From the IMG/VR virus record IMGVR_UViG_2585428000_000009, positions 1-64,000 of that record: a stretch of DNA of 64,000 bases. The stretch is one strand, 5' to 3'. The notes beneath the pieces were generated by a model. The model did no database searches and was not told the origin of the DNA. It was given only the letters and a program-made list of their open reading frames with translations. Shown here one piece after another: positions 36,507-44,882 of this stretch (its first letter is position 1; every line of letters begins with the position of its first letter). The translations under genes and the position numbers were made by a program. This stretch comes from a virus (taxonomy: Duplodnaviria; Caudoviricetes).

Positions 36507-36742
36507 GCTGCGACCGCCTCCGTGATCCGGTCCGGCGAATACCCCGCCCAATGCTCGCCACCTGCGACGACCACGGGGGCTTGGAGGTAGCCGAGGGACT
36601 TGATGTAGTCGAGCGCTTCCGCGTCCTCGGTAACGTCGACCTTGCGGTAGTCGGCTCCGAGGGAGTTCAGCTTCTTGATAGTCGCTTTGCACGGCTGACA
36701 GCCCGGACGCGAGTAGACGGTGATCTCTGGTGTCGAGGTCAA
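36473..36742 (-). CDS. NrdH-like glutaredoxin
   Basis: ITVYSRPGCQPC.AT...L...G..Y..VD, LGY.QAPVV, HW.GY.PD; TTG start overlapping the upstream stop. Confidence 0.88.
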   Translation of the reverse strand: MTSTPEITVYSRPGCQPCKATIKKLNSLGADYRKVDVTEDAEALDYIKSLGYLQAPVVVAGGEHWAGYSPDRITEAVAAWQASGQPDTA

Positions 36743-37719
36743 GGCAGGCGAATCCCCAAGTCGGGCAGCGACGGAAGCTCGATGACGGGCATCGGCGGCG
36801 GCACGAAGTCGGCGATCTCCGGAGGCAAGGCGTGCTCCACAAAATCGGGCACGAACTCCTTCACCGGAGTCGGCGTATAGGTCGGGCTCGGCGCCCACGC
36901 CGCGGCCATGTCGTCGAAGTCCGCCAGCGACGGCAGCGGGCCGGGCGTCCATTCCGGCAACGGCAGAGTCTGTTCGACCGGTGGCAGCCCGGTCGGGGTG
37001 TGCTCGGGCAGGTTCGGGTTCGGTGACGGCATGTCCACGAGATGCTGGCCCGGCTCTAGGCCGTCGGCTTCGCCGGGCGCGTACCCGTGCCAGCCGGTCA
37101 GGTAGCCCTGCACAGCGAGCCCGAAGTGGACGGGGTCCACCCACGGTGCGGGCGCATCGCAGACGACGTCGTATTCGTGGCACACCGAGACCGTGTTCGG
37201 CCCGAGTTCGCGTTCGCCGGGCGAGGAGATACCGGGCACGATGCCGGGCAGCGCGTCGTAGATACCGCCCTCTGCGCGCGGGTCGCCGTAGAGGATGGTG
37301 TGGTCGGCTTGGTCCTGGATGTTGCCGGCCACTTCGGCACCGAGGGAGTGCCCGAGCACGGTCACTTCCCCGTTGGGGCATTCGGCACGGTAGGCGTCGA
37401 TCTTCGCAGTCGCCGCGGCTTGACCGTCACGGACGGACTCGTCCTTGGTGTACGGGCCGGTTGGCCAGATCGAGGACGGATAGTCGAGCGATTCGGTGCG
37501 GTAGCCGTCGCCGTAGGCGGCGAGGTGATCACCGAGCATGGTGGGCTGGCCTGCTTGTTCGGCTGCTCGCTGGCCGGTGCCGCCGATGCCGAGAACGTAT
37601 GGGCGGCAATCAGGTTCCGCTGACGCGAGCGGGGTAGCGGCGGGGAAGCCGAGCGGCCCGAGATAGACGACACCGAGCGCGGACACAGTGAGGGCGCCTG
37701 CGCGGAGACGACGGGACAT
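36739..37719 (-). CDS. Secreted cutinase/PE-PPE-like serine hydrolase with a Pro-rich tail
   Basis: Signal-peptide-like N-terminus, GHSLG nucleophile elbow, YGDP, C...D.VCD, H.Y. Confidence 0.85.
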   Translation of the reverse strand: MSRRLRAGALTVSALGVVYLGPLGFPAATPLASAEPDCRPYVLGIGGTGQRAAEQAGQPTMLGDHLAAYGDGYRTESLDYPSSIWPTGPYTKDESVRDGQAAATAKIDAYRAECPNGEVTVLGHSLGAEVAGNIQDQADHTILYGDPRAEGGIYDALPGIVPGISSPGERELGPNTVSVCHEYDVVCDAPAPWVDPVHFGLAVQGYLTGWHGYAPGEADGLEPGQHLVDMPSPNPNLPEHTPTGLPPVEQTLPLPEWTPGPLPSLADFDDMAAAWAPSPTYTPTPVKEFVPDFVEHALPPEIADFVPPPMPVIELPSLPDLGIRLP

Positions 37720-38016
37720 GAGGGGCCTCCTGGCAGGCCGGAACAAAGGGGGGGAACTCCTGGAGCCCGCCGCGCGCCCGGGGGTAGCGAGGCCGGGGCG
37801 CGGCGGGCTATGGTCGCGGCGCACACAACAGGGCTGCTGCGCGACCGGACGCCACCTAGATGCCCTGCAACTCGCGTGAGATCGAGTGCGAGCGGCCCCG
37901 AGCCGAATGGGGCACGAGGGTGGTGGCGAAATTTCGCGGTAGGCGTTCTCTGGGCAGCACCGCCACTACCACTGCGTTACCTCGAATACCGAGGTCGCAC
38001 TACGCAATACGCGCAG

Positions 38017-38550
38017 CTAAGACTTGATCTCCAGCCAGACCAGATCCATCCGCTTGTCCTCAGCCTCTTTGACGATCTCGTACGCGTTGAGACCGTAGGT
38101 CGCGCGATGGGGACCGTTATCCTCGGTGAGCACGAACCTGCCCGGATCTGGGGTGTTCATAATGTGCTTTGCCAAGTGGTCGGCAAGGGGAATGCTCACG
38201 AATGGCGGTTCGCCGCTACGGAGCGTGACCACCAGCGTGTTATCCGTCAGGTCCCAGACCGACCAGCGCTTCGTCGGCGCATCGGGGCTTTCAGATGTCT
38301 GTTCGTGGCGGATGCTGACCGAGCGCGCGAACACTGTCAGGGTGACAAGAACCGGTTCGTGAGAGCCGATCTCGATCTCGTGAATCTTCGGCGGATGATC
38401 CTTCGGCATGAGAACGGGCTTGCCGTTGATACGAACTTCTCGCGGAATCAGAATTCCGTTGCCGCCATCGAGACTGCCGCCGTCGAGACTATCGCTTTCC
38501 CGGTGTTCGATGATCTCGATGTCCGCACAGTCGGGCAGGTCTCTGGGCAC
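38017..38550 (-). CDS. Hypothetical phage protein
   Basis: RBS AGGAGA; I.IP.EVRING..V. Confidence 0.65.
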   Translation of the reverse strand: MPRDLPDCADIEIIEHRESDSLDGGSLDGGNGILIPREVRINGKPVLMPKDHPPKIHEIEIGSHEPVLVTLTVFARSVSIRHEQTSESPDAPTKRWSVWDLTDNTLVVTLRSGEPPFVSIPLADHLAKHIMNTPDPGRFVLTEDNGPHRATYGLNAYEIVKEAEDKRMDLVWLEIKS

Positions 38551-38571
38551 GTCGTTCTCCTGGCTTCGGGT

Positions 38572-38793
38572 TCAAGATTTCCGCGTTCCACCACCAGGCC
38601 AGCGGTGAAAGACGGCCCGGTAGTACCGGGCTGCGAGCCCGGATGCTTCGCGTAGCGACATGTGTTGCAGCAGAAGCGTTTGCAAGGTCCGGAATGGGTG
38701 TTCGGAATTGGCCCAGCGTGCCAAACCTTCGCCGCGGGTCCAGTACTCGTTGAGCTGGCGGCTCGCGCCGGTCTTGCCGTCAGGGTCAGCCAT
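38572..38793 (-). CDS. Small conserved-looking actinophage protein
   Basis: L..YWTRGEG.A.W, F..L...L, GL.A.Y......WPG. Confidence 0.7.
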   Translation of the reverse strand: MADPDGKTGASRQLNEYWTRGEGLARWANSEHPFRTLQTLLLQHMSLREASGLAARYYRAVFHRWPGGGTRKS

Positions 38794-38839
38794 ACGCACC
38801 GCCGTTTACATCTGAAAAAGAAGACCGCAGGTCAGGGCG

Positions 38840-39013
38840 TCACTCCTTGAGCAGCGCGGGATGCGTCACAAAGAACAGCGCTGCGGCGGCGTCCTCGTAG
38901 ACAGGCCACAGCACCGCGTCCACCGCATCGGCGAACGACGGCATGCCGAGACACGCGCTGAGGCGATCAGCGACGGCACGAACCTCAGCCGACAGGGATT
39001 CCGGACGGATCAC
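38840..39013 (-). CDS. Small hypothetical protein
   Basis: 57-aa GTG ORF with GAGGAG RBS, read manually. Confidence 0.5.
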   Translation of the reverse strand: MIRPESLSAEVRAVADRLSACLGMPSFADAVDAVLWPVYEDAAAALFFVTHPALLKE

Positions 39014-39030
39014 GGGGTGCTCCTCGTTGG

Positions 39031-39222
39031 CTAAGTCAGCACAGTCGGTTCGCCGATCACGCCGCCGTCGATGTCGCGGCTACCCCAGAACAGTTCCGGG
39101 GAACCGTCAGCGTTGACGAACAGAATCCAGGAGGTGCCGTCGTTGCGGACGCCCTCGACCAGACCTGACCAGTCCTTCGTGATGGACGGGTGCTCGTAGC
39201 GTTCGATGTTGATGTTGCGCAT
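39031..39222 (-). CDS. Small hypothetical protein
   Basis: RBS AGGAG, MRNINIERY...W.G.VEG....WILFV..DG.P. Confidence 0.65.
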   Translation of the reverse strand: MRNINIERYEHPSITKDWSGLVEGVRNDGTSWILFVNADGSPELFWGSRDIDGGVIGEPTVLT

Positions 39223-39298
39223 GGATGCTCCTGAAAAGTGTTGCCGGAACATCCATCCGGACGAGTTAAGCCTGAAGCCACAGACGACGGGCGGGTTG

Positions 39299-39373
39299 TT
39301 CGGGTGGCGAGACTCGAACTCGCAACTTCCCGCTCCCAAAGCGGGTGCTCTGACCAAATTGAACTACACCCAA
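39299..39373 (-). tRNA. tRNA-Pro (TGG)
   Basis: CCCGC-TT TGG GA-GCGGG anticodon arm, GCGAG-TTCGAGT-CTCGC T arm. Confidence 0.9.
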
Positions 39374-39561
39374 AGACCCGCCGATTTGAGGAAGTCGAAG
39401 CTCTAGCCTTGGCGGGGTTGCTCCACGGAATAGATGTGCGCACATTTCCGCTTCGCTCCGTGTACGGGGTGGCGGTCCGGTCTATTCACTCCACTGGGTA
39501 CCTCCGGGCGTGCCCGGCTTCCTAACCCTGCGACCGCTCTTACCTAGCGCAAGACCCATCG

Positions 39562-39634
39562 TTGCGGTGCCGCGATTCGAACGCGGGACTCCGGCATATG
39601 AAACCGGCAGGGTACCGAACTCCCCCACACCGCA
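39562..39634 (-). tRNA. tRNA-Met (CAT), partly initiator-like
   Basis: TGCGGTG/CACCGCA acceptor, CCGGT-TT CAT AT-GCCGG, CCGCG-TTCGAAT-CGCGG. Confidence 0.85.
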
Positions 39635-39699
39635 ATGCGCACGGCGGGGAGTGCATGCCCCTGTTGCCCCGACGACTCCCTGTCGCCGGACCGCGCTCG

Positions 39700-39771
39700 C
39701 ACAGGCGGAGAGAATCGAACTCCCGACACGCGGCTTTGGAGACCGCTGCTCTACCACTGAGCTACGCCCAT
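39700..39771 (-). tRNA. tRNA-Trp (CCA)
   Basis: GCTC-AGTGGTA-GAGC D arm, GCGGT-CT CCA AA-GCCGC, G73 discriminator. Confidence 0.9.
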
Positions 39772-39798
39772 TCGGTTCCGCCACGAGGCGAAACACCG

Positions 39799-39885
39799 CG
39801 GAAGACAGAGGACTCGAACCCCAGACACTTTCATGCCCGAACGCGCTAGCAACGCGGCTCGACCTCCATGGCCGATTTGTCTTCC
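39799..39885 (-). tRNA. tRNA-Ser (GCT)
   Basis: GGAAGAC/GTCTTCC acceptor, loop TT GCT AG, long variable arm, TTCGAGT T loop. Confidence 0.8.
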
Positions 39886-39930
39886 AGTGAAGAACGGCCC
39901 TGGACTCGATGAGCGGAACCGTTCATAGCG

Positions 39931-40016
39931 CGGAAAGTTGAGGAGTCGAACCCCCGGGACGCGATGCCCGCCTCCGGCTTTCGAAACCGGCTGGCCTCCA
40001 CAGACCGGAACTTTCC
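39931..40016 (-). tRNA. tRNA-Ser (CGA)
   Basis: GGAAAGT/ACTTTCC acceptor, CCGGT-TT CGA AA-GCCGG, long variable arm. Confidence 0.8.
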
Positions 40017-40244
40017 ATCACCGCCGCCGTTCAGCGTGCGGTACAACTAGATTCGCAGGAGCGCAGTAGCGCTGCAACTGATTTTCCGACGTGCAGATAC
40101 GCGAAACCCGGTACGCCGACCGTCCGGACGGCTACCGGGTTCACTTCCGCAGCCTAGAGGCCGCTACCAGACATCAGATCGGAGACTGGTTTTGGATACA
40201 CGTGTAACGACGATCCTGATCTTACAGGTAGGGCCTATGCGGAA

Positions 40245-40946
40245 TCAGGCGGCGATTGTATCGTTTTGATAACGACGCATTGACTTCTCGGCGCTCGTAC
40301 GCATCCGCTCGATATGCGCCACCAGCTCTGGCGTTATATGGAACCACTCCCCCGAGTGCCGATCCATGCCGAACTGCATGTGCCGCTTCAACTCAACGCT
40401 ACGAGCACCCGGCTCAACGGCGGCGATCTCGTCATACGGAATATGACGTACCCGATTCCGCAGGTTGCCTGTCCAGCCGATCTTTACGTACGGCCCGAAC
40501 CGCACGTAGTAGACGACTGGTCCGGCAGCAGACAGTCCTTCGAATATCGCAGTCCACTTCGCCTGGTGCTCGACCTCGTTACGCGCGTAGAAGCACCCGG
40601 GATGCTGGCATCGCACACGCTCGCCCTGTCGATCAGTCCAGAGGCAGTCGTCATTTCGGCAGCTGGGGCATCGCCAGAAGAGTTTGCGGCTCCCCGCTGG
40701 AAGCGCATCGCGTACCGCATCTTCGAGCGCGTAAGCGTTCATGTGCAGGGTTTCCGCAGCGAGCCCGAAGTCGCGCACCGCAGTCCGCCAGTGGTCAGCG
40801 CAGAGCCGAACGTCGGAAAGAATGGCATCGGACGCAGGCGAATCGCAATCAGATTGACCGCAGGAGGTTGCGAGCGCGCGTGTTGCAGTGTCGTTGGAGA
40901 AGTGGGTTGTCGAGTAGTAGAGCGGCGAGAACTTGGGCCGATCCAA
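40245..40946 (-). CDS. GIY-YIG/T5orf172-like domain protein with N-terminal zinc motifs
   Basis: VVYYVRFG..VKIG.T.NL..R, E...E...H..F...R..GEWF. Confidence 0.8.
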   Translation of the reverse strand: MDRPKFSPLYYSTTHFSNDTATRALATSCGQSDCDSPASDAILSDVRLCADHWRTAVRDFGLAAETLHMNAYALEDAVRDALPAGSRKLFWRCPSCRNDDCLWTDRQGERVRCQHPGCFYARNEVEHQAKWTAIFEGLSAAGPVVYYVRFGPYVKIGWTGNLRNRVRHIPYDEIAAVEPGARSVELKRHMQFGMDRHSGEWFHITPELVAHIERMRTSAEKSMRRYQNDTIAA

Positions 40947-40988
40947 ACCAGGGTCTCCTTGTATCGAGTGGTTACGGATTGCGTTGGG

Positions 40989-41258
40989 TCATTCCGGTGT
41001 CTCCAGGGCGAATCCGCCGTACACCGAGCCTTCTTGGCCCGGTTCGTTGCTGCGGGTGCATGCGTGGTCGTGGTACGTGGCGCGTGGGCAGCGTTTGTTG
41101 CCGCAGTCCGGGCAGACGATGAACGGAACGCACCACAGTTCGCGCGCGTCCGGGTCGATGTCTTCGACGGTCTTCCGCCATTCGTGATGGCAGAAGTGGC
41201 AGCCGCACAGATCTATCGGGAAGCGGGAGAACACGACGAACGCGAGCTTGGCCTTCAT
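40989..41258 (-). CDS. Small zinc-finger protein
   Basis: C.C..C...CPDCGNKRCP.A..H...C..SN..GQ.GS.Y. Confidence 0.75.
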   Translation of the reverse strand: MKAKLAFVVFSRFPIDLCGCHFCHHEWRKTVEDIDPDARELWCVPFIVCPDCGNKRCPRATYHDHACTRSNEPGQEGSVYGGFALETPE

Positions 41259-42085
41259 GCCGCATCTCCCAGTTCGAACGCTTCTTGCGCGCCGACCGGT
41301 ATCGGGATCGGCTCCGGCATGGCGGCAGCGGCGGTGAAGTCCGCGGTGACGATCTCGACGCGTGGGGAGACGCCATGCCATTCGCCGTCGTAGTAGGAGG
41401 TGTCGATACCGCAGTTCGCGTCCAGGACAATGCCTGTCGCCTTGCTGAACTTCTGGTATTCGCGGTCGCCGCCGTGGCCGTCATAGCAGGGCTGGCCGCT
41501 GTATCGGAACGGTGCTGAGGTCTGCGGGATGATGAAAACCCCGTAGCGGGCCACCTGGGCGGCGACGGCGATGGCGTGGTATTCGAACTTGCGGCCCGTG
41601 TATCCGCCGGGCGCGTCCTTGCTGCGTTTGATGGCACCGAAGGGCGGGTTTCCGATAGCGACGTCGAACCGCCCGAGTCCCATGCCCGGCACGTCGAGGA
41701 TGTCGCCACACACCCACTGCGCTTCGGGCATGATCTTCTTCCCGATTCGCACATAGTCGGGGTTGCGTTCCACGCACACGAACTCGCGCAATGGGTCGCC
41801 ATCCCATCTGTGCCCGAACAGGTTTCGGCACCCGAACGACAGGCGACCGATACCGGCCCCGAGGTCGATGATTCTGCGGACACCGTCTGGGACTTCGATG
41901 GAGAAGTCTCGCGCTAGCCCGAGCGGGGTGAAGAACGCGCCGTGGGTGGAGTTGCTGGCGGTGGATGCTTCCTGAAAGTGCTCCAGCACATGGAGCTTCT
42001 CGTCTTCGGTGAGGTTTCGTTCGAGGTCGACGAGCGCGAGCGCTTCAGCGTGCAGCTTCTCTTCGGCCTTCGTGAGTTTCGCCAT
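41255..42085 (-). CDS. Orphan amino (N6-adenine-type) DNA methyltransferase
   Basis: GAFFTP..LA, IIDLGAGIG (motif I), FD..IGNPPFG (motif IV). Confidence 0.88.
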   Translation of the reverse strand: MAKLTKAEEKLHAEALALVDLERNLTEDEKLHVLEHFQEASTASNSTHGAFFTPLGLARDFSIEVPDGVRRIIDLGAGIGRLSFGCRNLFGHRWDGDPLREFVCVERNPDYVRIGKKIMPEAQWVCGDILDVPGMGLGRFDVAIGNPPFGAIKRSKDAPGGYTGRKFEYHAIAVAAQVARYGVFIIPQTSAPFRYSGQPCYDGHGGDREYQKFSKATGIVLDANCGIDTSYYDGEWHGVSPRVEIVTADFTAAAAMPEPIPIPVGAQEAFELGDAA

Positions 42086-42843
42086 CAGGCCGCCGTCGCT
42101 TCCGTGATGCGCCTGTACTCCGCGTCTGAGAGCCGCTGCATATCAGGATGACCGACACCCCCAAGACGTACGCCGACACGGTTGCATGCCAGGCATTGAC
42201 GCCGACCGGCACGCATCCCGGATGCCACGAGATTCGGCGCAGCGAGCAGGTGCCCACGGGGACAACACTCAATCGAGGGTTTCCCACTCATGATCTTCTC
42301 GTAGTACCAATCGGCAGTCGCCTTCAGATCCCAATGGGCATTCTTCGGGATTCGCAATCTGGCGCGCGCCCTGCTGCATGCTAGACAGGATCGATGATTG
42401 AAGGCGCTAGCGTGGTACTCGCGAAGATTCGGAGCTGCCAGAATGTGACCGAGTGGACAATGCGTTCGGTTCACGAATATGTTCGTGCCGTGCACCAGTT
42501 TGTCGCGTTCGTTCTCGGACTTGCTCCCCCAGACAAGGTTTGATACACGATTGTCGACCCGAACACCGTTGAGGTGTCGCATTTCCTGCCCCTCGCCGGG
42601 CACGCCGAAGAATGCTAACCCTACCAGCTTATGGACCGTAAACACCTTCGCCTGTCCGAATTTACTAAGACTGACGTAAGCATAGCCGCAGCGATTTGTT
42701 CTCTGCTTCACAATGATCGTACGCGAACGTCCGACGCGACCGAGACCACGATTGACGGGCCGGGCCAAGGATTTTATCCTGCCTTGATCAGAGACTTCAT
42801 AGAAACCTTCGTATCCAGGTATTGCGCGCCAATTCTCGGTCAT
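42085..42843 (-). CDS. NUMOD4-HNH endonuclease with two C-terminal zinc modules
   Basis: WRAIPGYEGFYEVSDQGRIKS; RHLNG...DN..SNL.WG; two CP.GH...C.AC units. Confidence 0.9.
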   Translation of the reverse strand: MTENWRAIPGYEGFYEVSDQGRIKSLARPVNRGLGRVGRSRTIIVKQRTNRCGYAYVSLSKFGQAKVFTVHKLVGLAFFGVPGEGQEMRHLNGVRVDNRVSNLVWGSKSENERDKLVHGTNIFVNRTHCPLGHILAAPNLREYHASAFNHRSCLACSRARARLRIPKNAHWDLKATADWYYEKIMSGKPSIECCPRGHLLAAPNLVASGMRAGRRQCLACNRVGVRLGGVGHPDMQRLSDAEYRRITEATAA

Positions 42844-43457
42844 GCTGCCGCCTTCCAGCCATAGCTGGCGAGCACGCCCGCGATGTCAGGGGGCTGCCAC
42901 CCTTCAGGCTTCACTATTTTGTTCGTCACGGGATGCCGTACAACATTGCCGTCAACCGCTTTTTGCATGTTTGAGAAATGCACCGCAGCCCACACGGAGG
43001 CCATCGGTAGGTGCAGCAGCGCCCCCAGTGCCGCGGTGGCGCTGATCAGTAGGTCGATGTACGCGGTCGTCAGCCGGAGATCCCGCCCTTCGGCAGCCGC
43101 CGTGAGCCGGTTGCGGTAGAGGTCGAGGCGGTGCGGCCACGAGTGCGGTGCTTCGCGGCGGTAGGTGTCCCAGGTCGGCGGCCAGTTCACGTCCCGCAGT
43201 ACGGGTGTGTCCGCCTCCAACTGGTGTGCGACACCGATTCGCAGCGCGAGTCCTGCCGTGACGTACAGGGTGTCGGCGATGCCGTCGGCGGCGCCGGTCA
43301 TGTCGCGGGCTTCGAGCGCTTCCCGGAGTTCGTCGACTTCTTCGCTGATGAGCCGCAATGCCAGCGTCAGGTCTTCGCTGCTGGGCCAGCCGGGGTGGTC
43401 GCGTAGCGCGACGCCGCAGGCACGGTTGAACGTGGCGACGTCCCGGTAGACGCTCAT
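42840..43457 (-). CDS. MazG-like nucleotide pyrophosphohydrolase
   Basis: LISEEVDELREA......ADGIAD.LYV, VH.SNM.K, K..KPEGW.PPD. Confidence 0.85.
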   Translation of the reverse strand: MSVYRDVATFNRACGVALRDHPGWPSSEDLTLALRLISEEVDELREALEARDMTGAADGIADTLYVTAGLALRIGVAHQLEADTPVLRDVNWPPTWDTYRREAPHSWPHRLDLYRNRLTAAAEGRDLRLTTAYIDLLISATAALGALLHLPMASVWAAVHFSNMQKAVDGNVVRHPVTNKIVKPEGWQPPDIAGVLASYGWKAAA

Positions 43458-43726
43458 GCTGCGATTCCTTCGTCCGCGCGCGCATGCATGTACGCCTTCG
43501 CGCGCGTCACCTTGTCGTGCAGGTCTTCGAGCAGCAGGTAGGTGGAGAGCCAATCCCGGGCGTCGTAGGCGACCTGCACTTGCTGCCCGAGCGCGTCGAT
43601 CTCGTGTATGACGACCGCGACATCGGTGTCAGTGGGATGCCGCCAGAGCCGATGCTCTTCCACCTGGTCGGCGGTGACCGGGCCGTCGAAAGACAGGAGT
43701 TGCCCGCATTCAGTGCATGTCGCCAC
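43454..43726 (-). CDS. Small hypothetical protein (CxxC)
   Basis: GTG start after GGAGG RBS, coupled to the downstream gene. Confidence 0.6.
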   Translation of the reverse strand: MATCTECGQLLSFDGPVTADQVEEHRLWRHPTDTDVAVVIHEIDALGQQVQVAYDARDWLSTYLLLEDLHDKVTRAKAYMHARADEGIAA

Positions 43727-43737
43727 GGTGAAGCCTC

Positions 43738-44493
43738 CTACAGGTCGGCGAGATTGAGGATGGCGGTGTTGTCGCTGACCGGCGCGGAGTCGTCGGCGAG
43801 GATGTCGACGACGGTCCGGTAGTGGCCGCCGTTCAGGTCGGCGGTGAGACGGCAGTGGTAGTGGCCGGCGAACAGCCGCCGCGGCATGACTTGGTCGACG
43901 ACGCGGCGCAGCAGTTGCCGGTGTTGTTCGGCGGTGGCGATCTCTTGCTGCGAGAAACCGAACGGGTTGCCTTCGATGCAGGGGATGCGAACACCTGCGG
44001 GTACGTCGTGGCAGATCATCACGTCGGCGCGTCCGTCGTCGGTGGCTTTCTGAGCTTGGGCGATGCTGATCGTTTCGCCGCACCACCATTCGCGGCCGGG
44101 CGTGCGCCAGGGGCGGTCTACGGAGTGGGCGCCTCCGAGCGCCAGGAACCGCACACCGTTCCAGGTCCACCGGTAGGTGCGGGGGAGATAGAAGATGTTG
44201 GGGCGCAGCGGTATCGCCGTGCAGCCGTGTTCGGCGACCTTCTTGCCGAGGTAGGCGTGGTCGTCGTGGTTGCCGTCTACGAAGCCGAGCACGAGCCCGG
44301 TTCGCTGTAGGGCGTTCTGCACGCGCGCCATGAACTTCGGGTCGAACCGGTAGGCGAAGTCTCCGACGTGCAGGATCGCTTGCGCGCCATGTGCTGCCGC
44401 GTGCTCGATGCCGCCGATAGCGGCGGCGCTCCATCCGTGCCAGTCCCCCGCAATAGCGACGTGGGCCGGGTTGAGGGCTTCCCAGGTAGTCAC
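43738..44493 (-). CDS. Metallophosphoesterase
   Basis: GDWHG, HVGDF, DGNHD, GGA.SVD, CHD.P, GHYH. Confidence 0.9.
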   Translation of the reverse strand: MTTWEALNPAHVAIAGDWHGWSAAAIGGIEHAAAHGAQAILHVGDFAYRFDPKFMARVQNALQRTGLVLGFVDGNHDDHAYLGKKVAEHGCTAIPLRPNIFYLPRTYRWTWNGVRFLALGGAHSVDRPWRTPGREWWCGETISIAQAQKATDDGRADVMICHDVPAGVRIPCIEGNPFGFSQQEIATAEQHRQLLRRVVDQVMPRRLFAGHYHCRLTADLNGGHYRTVVDILADDSAPVSDNTAILNLADL

Positions 44494-44852
44494 GGCCGAT
44501 CGTCCTGTTCATCGTTGTCGCCGCCTAGAAGCAGGTGCACGATGCGGCGGACGTCGTCGGGTTCCCATACGAGGTAGCGGGTGTCGGGGTCGTAGTAGCC
44601 TTCGCGGTCCACGTTCAGGTCGACTGGGTAGGACACACCGGTTGTGTCCATGGCTCGTTCGCGCTCGAGCATTTCGTCCGAGCTTCGCGCGTCGGGGGTG
44701 TTGATGCTGCGGTAGTAGAAGTCGTCGATGTAGCCGCAGTCACCGACCAGGATGTCGAATCCGTCCGGCCAGCGGGAGCCTTCGCCGCCATACAGGACGA
44801 AGGGCGTTCCTTTGGGCATCTTCTTCAGTTCGCTCTTGCTGACTATCTTCAT
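44490..44852 (-). CDS. Hypothetical phage protein
   Basis: RBS AGGAGG; MKIV....L..MP.GT.F. Confidence 0.7.
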   Translation of the reverse strand: MKIVSKSELKKMPKGTPFVLYGGEGSRWPDGFDILVGDCGYIDDFYYRSINTPDARSSDEMLERERAMDTTGVSYPVDLNVDREGYYDPDTRYLVWEPDDVRRIVHLLLGGDNDEQDDRP

Positions 44853-44882
44853 CCGCGCCTCCTGGCGTTCGGTCTCGGGCGT

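Noticed and set aside
36739-37719. Canonical Lysin B
   Set aside because: It has a signal-peptide-like N-terminus and lies about 22 kb from Lysin A; kept only as a cutinase-like protein.
39225-39298. HDV-like (theta) ribozyme after tRNA-Pro
   Set aside because: Some stems fit loosely, but the P1.1 pairing and catalytic J4/2 consensus are not evident; unsupported without a covariance search.
39799-39885. Possible amber suppressor (CTA in the loop) that could read through the integrase TAG
   Set aside because: The 7-nt loop is TT-GCT-AG, so the anticodon is GCT (Ser) and CTA is off-register. Many phage genes here end in TAG, which argues against recoding.
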